NCBI GenBank assembly: GCA_963707915.1
Contig: OY970178.1
Coordinates: forward strand, 3,040,001 to 3,104,000
Direction: 5' to 3'
From: Candidatus Eiseniibacteriota bacterium
Lineage (GTDB): Bacteria > Eisenbacteria > RBG-16-71-46
DNA: 64,000 bases
In this document: piece by piece, positions 60,163 through 64,000 of the stretch
Layout of the letters: each line of letters starts with the position of its first letter
Numbering within the stretch: the stretch's first letter is position 1
The notes under the pieces: generated by a model
The model's input: the letters and a program-made list of their open reading frames with translations, nothing else
Told to the model about the DNA's origin: nothing
Database searches by the model: none
Made by a program: the position numbers and the translations under genes

Positions 60163-62391
60163 ATGCATCGTCACGATCCCCGCGGGGGCCGCGTGCCCCA
60201 TCCCGCGGCCATGGCGGCAATCCTGGCAGCGGGTCTGGCGCTCGCGGCCGTGGCCCCGGTGCTGGCGGCCGAGGCCGGGCCCCGCGCCGCGTTCTCCGAC
60301 ACGACCCGGCCGGTGGTGTTCCTCAAGGAGACCCTGGTGACCGGCGCGCGCTACCCGCGCGCCTACTTCGAGTCGCCGCAGTCGCTCTCCTTCGTCAACG
60401 CGCAGCAGTTGCGCGAATCGGCGCCGCTGGTCCTCGGTGACGTCCTCTCGACCATCCCCGGCGTCGAGAGCAACAAGGACAGCCCCTGGGAGCAGCGCCC
60501 GTCGATCCGCGGCCTCACCGGCCAGCGCGTGCTGGTGCTGGTGGACGGCACGCCGATGAACAGCGTGCGTGGCAACGGGCCGCACCCTTCGCTCGTCGAT
60601 CCTTCCCAGGTGGAGCGGATCGAGGTCGTGCGGGGCCCGTCGTCCGTGGCGTACGGCTCCGACGCCATCGGCGGCGTGATCAACATCATCACGCGCGAGC
60701 CGCGCTTCACCGGGCCGGACCAGGTCCTGCGCGGTTCGGCGAACATCGGCGGGGGCTTCAGCGGTCTGCCCGAACGGAACGGCTCGCTCGAACTCTCGGC
60801 CCGGATGCAGAAGCTCTCGGGAATCATCGCAGGCAGCGGCCGCAGGAGCGACGACTTCAGGAACGCCGACGGCACGGTCCCGCATTCGAGTTTCAGCGAC
60901 TGGAACGCGCTCGCGAACCTGCGCTACGACCTCACCGACCGTCTCGCGCTCAAGGGCGGCTACCAGTTGTACCGCGCCAGCAAGGTCGGCATCCCCGGGC
61001 TGGACGTCACCGTGCCGGGTTACTCGCAGATCTTCCAGTTCAAGAACTATGACCGCGACTTCGCCCACCTGGCGCTCGACCATCAGTATGCCGAGTCCTC
61101 CTGGCTGTCGACCACGCACATCAAGACCTACTGGCAGCGGGAGAACCGCGACTTCTACTCGGACATCGGCATCGCCATCCCGATGGGCCCGGGGATGAAC
61201 GGGCACCTGGCGCTCGCCAAGGACCGCATCCTCGACCTCAACACCTACGGCCTGCAGGTGCAGATGACGTCGCGGAAGACCGCGCTCTACCGGTTCAGCG
61301 CCGGGGTGGACGCGTCCCGGGACATCACCGGCGGGATCAACTCCGAGCTGCAGACGATGACGACGCCGTTCGGCGACCCGCCCCCGTCGATCGATACGTC
61401 CGGCTCGGTGCCCGTCGGTCGTTTCGACAACTACGCGGGGTTCGCACAGGGCGAGTTCTTCCTCGGGCGGCAGTGGACGCTGAACGCGGGCGGGCGCTAC
61501 ACGCACTACCGCTATCGCACGGACCGCACGTTCATGGAGCACGCGGCGGTCGCGGGGGAGCCGGACTTCTACTTCGAGCCGCAGAGTCGTGACGACGACG
61601 CCCTGTCGGGCTCGCTGGGGCTGGTCTACACGCCGGTCGCGGACCTTCACCTCACGGCGAACGTGGCGAACGGCTATCGCGAGCCGAACGCCCAGGACCT
61701 GTTCTTCAGCGGGCCGGGTTCGGTGGGGTTCGTGGTCGGCAACCCGGACCTCAAGCCCGAGCGGAGCGTCTCGTACGACCTGGGCCTGCGCTGGGGGCCG
61801 CGCACGCTGGCCATCTCGGGCAACGTCTTCTACTCGACCTTCAAGGACCTGATCAACGCCCTGCCAACGGCGCCGCCGCCGGAGGCGAAGGGTGAAAACA
61901 CCTACCGCTACACGAACATCACTACGGCCACGATGTGGGGCGGCGAGGCCGAGGCCGAGTGGCGCTTCCACCCGCAATGGACGGCGCGCACCGGGATGTC
62001 CGGCACGGTGGGTGACATCACCAACCGCGCGGCGATCCTCGAGATCTACGGCGTCAGCGCCGACCGCGTGCCGCTGGAGCTGGTGCCGCCCTTCCGCGGG
62101 CTGGCCTCGCTGCGCTGGACGGAGCCCGCGCGCCGCTTCTGGGCCGAGGTGGGGGCCCGCTATTCCTGGCGCACGAACCGCCTGCCGCCGGTCACTCCCG
62201 GGGCGGAGCAGCTCACCGAGTACAAGAAGGAGTGGATCGTCGGGGACGTGGCTGCCGGGGCCCGCTTCGACACCGGGCAACGCGTCGTGCTGGGCGTGCG
62301 GAACTTCACCGACCTCCGCTACCGGCAGGCGCTGGGCTCGGTCGTGGAGCCGGGCACGACCTTCTACTGCTCGCTGAGCAGCGACTTCTAG
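60163..62391 (+). CDS. TonB-dependent receptor (metal/cofactor uptake class, substrate unknown)
   Basis: GGAGG RBS, signal peptide, TonB box ETLVTG, PSIRGL..RVLVLVDG, IEVVRGPSSVAYGSDAIGGVINIIT, YREP..NPDLKPE, terminal F. Confidence 0.92.
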   Translation: MHRHDPRGGRVPHPAAMAAILAAGLALAAVAPVLAAEAGPRAAFSDTTRPVVFLKETLVTGARYPRAYFESPQSLSFVNAQQLRESAPLVLGDVLSTIPGVESNKDSPWEQRPSIRGLTGQRVLVLVDGTPMNSVRGNGPHPSLVDPSQVERIEVVRGPSSVAYGSDAIGGVINIITREPRFTGPDQVLRGSANIGGGFSGLPERNGSLELSARMQKLSGIIAGSGRRSDDFRNADGTVPHSSFSDWNALANLRYDLTDRLALKGGYQLYRASKVGIPGLDVTVPGYSQIFQFKNYDRDFAHLALDHQYAESSWLSTTHIKTYWQRENRDFYSDIGIAIPMGPGMNGHLALAKDRILDLNTYGLQVQMTSRKTALYRFSAGVDASRDITGGINSELQTMTTPFGDPPPSIDTSGSVPVGRFDNYAGFAQGEFFLGRQWTLNAGGRYTHYRYRTDRTFMEHAAVAGEPDFYFEPQSRDDDALSGSLGLVYTPVADLHLTANVANGYREPNAQDLFFSGPGSVGFVVGNPDLKPERSVSYDLGLRWGPRTLAISGNVFYSTFKDLINALPTAPPPEAKGENTYRYTNITTATMWGGEAEAEWRFHPQWTARTGMSGTVGDITNRAAILEIYGVSADRVPLELVPPFRGLASLRWTEPARRFWAEVGARYSWRTNRLPPVTPGAEQLTEYKKEWIVGDVAAGARFDTGQRVVLGVRNFTDLRYRQALGSVVEPGTTFYCSLSSDF

Positions 62392-62404
62392 CTCCGCGCG
62401 TCAC

Positions 62405-62453
62405 CGAAAACGGAGGGGGCGCCTCGCAGGAGGCGCCCCCGCTCGTTGTTTTG
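62405..62453. terminator. Probable bidirectional intrinsic terminator
   Basis: gggggcgcctc-gcag-gaggcgccccc (62415-62440), with gaaaa upstream and ttgtttt downstream, between convergent genes. Confidence 0.75.
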
Positions 62454-62490
62454 TCGGAGCCGTCGCGCCACGCGTCGGCGCGACGCCCTG

Positions 62491-63579
62491 CTACCGCTTG
62501 AGCTTCGGATTGCTCATCGCCCGCTGCGCGTGGGCGGCCGTGAGCCCCTCGGTCTTCGAGTCGGCGCCGCTGATGAAGTTGATCGAGGACTGCAGCAGCC
62601 CCACGATGTACTTCGGATTGTGCACGCCGTGGCTGCGGTCGTCCTGGACCAGGATCAGGTTGTACACCGCGCCGGCCGAGTCGGCCGACGTCTTCACGGC
62701 CGCCGGCGTCGCGGGGCCGCTCGCATTCGCCGTGACCAGGTTCGCGGCGACCAGGCGCGTCTGCAGATCCAGGATCAGGGCGTCCACCTCGTCCTGCGAG
62801 CGCCCGCTCCCGGCGCCGACCTCCGCGAAGTCGCCGATCTCGCCGTGGCACTTCAGGCAGGCCTCGGTGTTGAGGACCTCCCCGCCGTTCAGCTCGTAGG
62901 CCATGTTGAACGAGTGTCCGCCCACGACGTTCTGGAGCGTCGTCCGCATGTGGCAGTCGAGGCAGCCGTCGGTGGTCGCGGAGCGGTGGTTCGTCCGCTC
63001 GTAGGTGTAGCCGGCGTACTCGTAGCCGTTCGAGCCGATCAGCATGTCACCCTGTGGGCCGTGGTGCGGGCCGAAGCGGTTGCTCAGCGTGGTCCGCGCC
63101 GGAGCGGCGGCGATGTAGGTGCGGATGTCGCGCCGCGAACGGTGGCAGGCCAGGCAGAGGTTGCCGCCCTTCAGGTCGTAGGTCGCGCCGTTCATCAGCG
63201 TCGCGACGGTCGTCCAGCGCACGCGGAAGTCGCCGTTGGTGTGGGGCGCGTGGCAGGTGAAGCAGTGGATCGACGTCGGGTTCTCGACCACGTCGGCGAT
63301 CGGGGCGCCGGTCGCGCGGGCCACGAAGCCCTCGCTGGTGTGGCAGCCCTTGCAGTCGCCGTCCTTCTCGTTGAGGGTCTCGCCGCTCGCGTGCTTGGAG
63401 TGCTCCCACTGCTGCACCGCGGCCACCAGGAACGTGCTGGTGTCGGAGTGGCACTCGAAGCAGCTCTGCGGTCCCGCCACCACCTGCTGGACGCGCGTGA
63501 TGTTGCGCGAACACGCGGCGAGCGCGAGCCCGAGCACCGCGATCGCCGCCAACGCCATGAGTCTCTTGAACGCCACCAT
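62491..63579 (-). CDS. Hexaheme c-type cytochrome lipoprotein
   Basis: Lipobox LAAC; six CxxCH (CFECH, CKGCH, CFTCH, CLACH, CLDCH, CLKCH); GPHHGPQ and SHGVHNP; GGAGGAGG RBS. Confidence 0.92.
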   Translation of the reverse strand: MVAFKRLMALAAIAVLGLALAACSRNITRVQQVVAGPQSCFECHSDTSTFLVAAVQQWEHSKHASGETLNEKDGDCKGCHTSEGFVARATGAPIADVVENPTSIHCFTCHAPHTNGDFRVRWTTVATLMNGATYDLKGGNLCLACHRSRRDIRTYIAAAPARTTLSNRFGPHHGPQGDMLIGSNGYEYAGYTYERTNHRSATTDGCLDCHMRTTLQNVVGGHSFNMAYELNGGEVLNTEACLKCHGEIGDFAEVGAGSGRSQDEVDALILDLQTRLVAANLVTANASGPATPAAVKTSADSAGAVYNLILVQDDRSHGVHNPKYIVGLLQSSINFISGADSKTEGLTAAHAQRAMSNPKLKR

Positions 63580-63623
63580 CTCCGTGTCCTCCTCCGTGGT
63601 TGGCAACTGTCGCCTGGTCCGGT

Positions 63624-64000
63624 CTACTTCAGGTGTAGGTTGTATCCGACGTTGATGCGCAGCACGTTCGCCGTGTAGTAGCGGTCCAGCAGGATGTAGT
63701 CGTCGTAGTTGTAGGCGTTGTACTTGAGCTCGAGGATGTACTCGTCCAGCAGCGTGTAGGCGCCCTCCAGGAACACGATCGACTTCTCGATGTCGAGGTC
63801 CCCGCCGATGTCCATGTAGGTCGCGCCGCCGGCGAGCCGCAGGCCCTTGACCCGCGCGAACTCGACCCGCCCCGTCACGAACTGGCTCTCGGTGTGGAAG
63901 CCGGCGGCGAGGTCCTTGTAGTCGTCGTCCGAGTAGCTGTAGTCGGCCGAGAGCGCTCCCCAGGCCGTGATCTCGTAACGGCCGAAGGCGTTCACGGCGT
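63624..64000 (-). CDS. Outer-membrane beta-barrel, C-terminal part (porin candidate; truncated by the window edge)
   Basis: Alternating beta-strand pattern, Tyr/Asp rich, ends LRINVGYNLHLK; directly upstream of the multiheme cytochrome. Confidence 0.65.
   Translation of the reverse strand, partial: AVNAFGRYEITAWGALSADYSYSDDDYKDLAAGFHTESQFVTGRVEFARVKGLRLAGGATYMDIGGDLDIEKSIVFLEGAYTLLDEYILELKYNAYNYDDYILLDRYYTANVLRINVGYNLHLK

Overview
A very GC-rich, gene-dense chromosomal window from a diderm bacterium. The PorV-family gene and several T9SS/FlgD-type C-terminal sorting domains suggest an FCB-superphylum lineage such as Ca. Eisenbacteria (inference only). In order it holds: the end of a kdp K+ uptake operon with an extra beta-barrel gene (kdpB-kdpC-barrel-kdpD-kdpE); an archaeal-type glycogen debranching enzyme; an Ehr (hydrogenase-4-like, no NiFe ligands) membrane complex interrupted by three unrelated genes and an HTH-PTS EIIA fusion; udk, a motif-less M16 homolog, rpiB and add; an iorAB plus ADP-forming acyl-CoA synthetase unit; a 17 kb surface-protein locus (secreted EEP nuclease-like protein, TonB-dependent receptor, PorV, two lipoproteins, tandem-duplicated OB-fold proteins, a beta-propeller); an E2-lipB-iscA-nadA-lipA cluster; sixA, metH and aceE; a PAS hybrid kinase with a degenerate ATP-binding domain; a second TonB-dependent receptor; and the edge of a porin-multiheme cytochrome locus. 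The best candidate for an undescribed system is a PUL-like extracellular nucleic-acid utilisation locus, possibly linked to nucleoside salvage and to an RpiB carrying a microcompartment encapsulation-peptide-like helix. No tRNA, rRNA, CRISPR array or transposase was recognised. All family calls come from motifs read by eye; no database searches were run.
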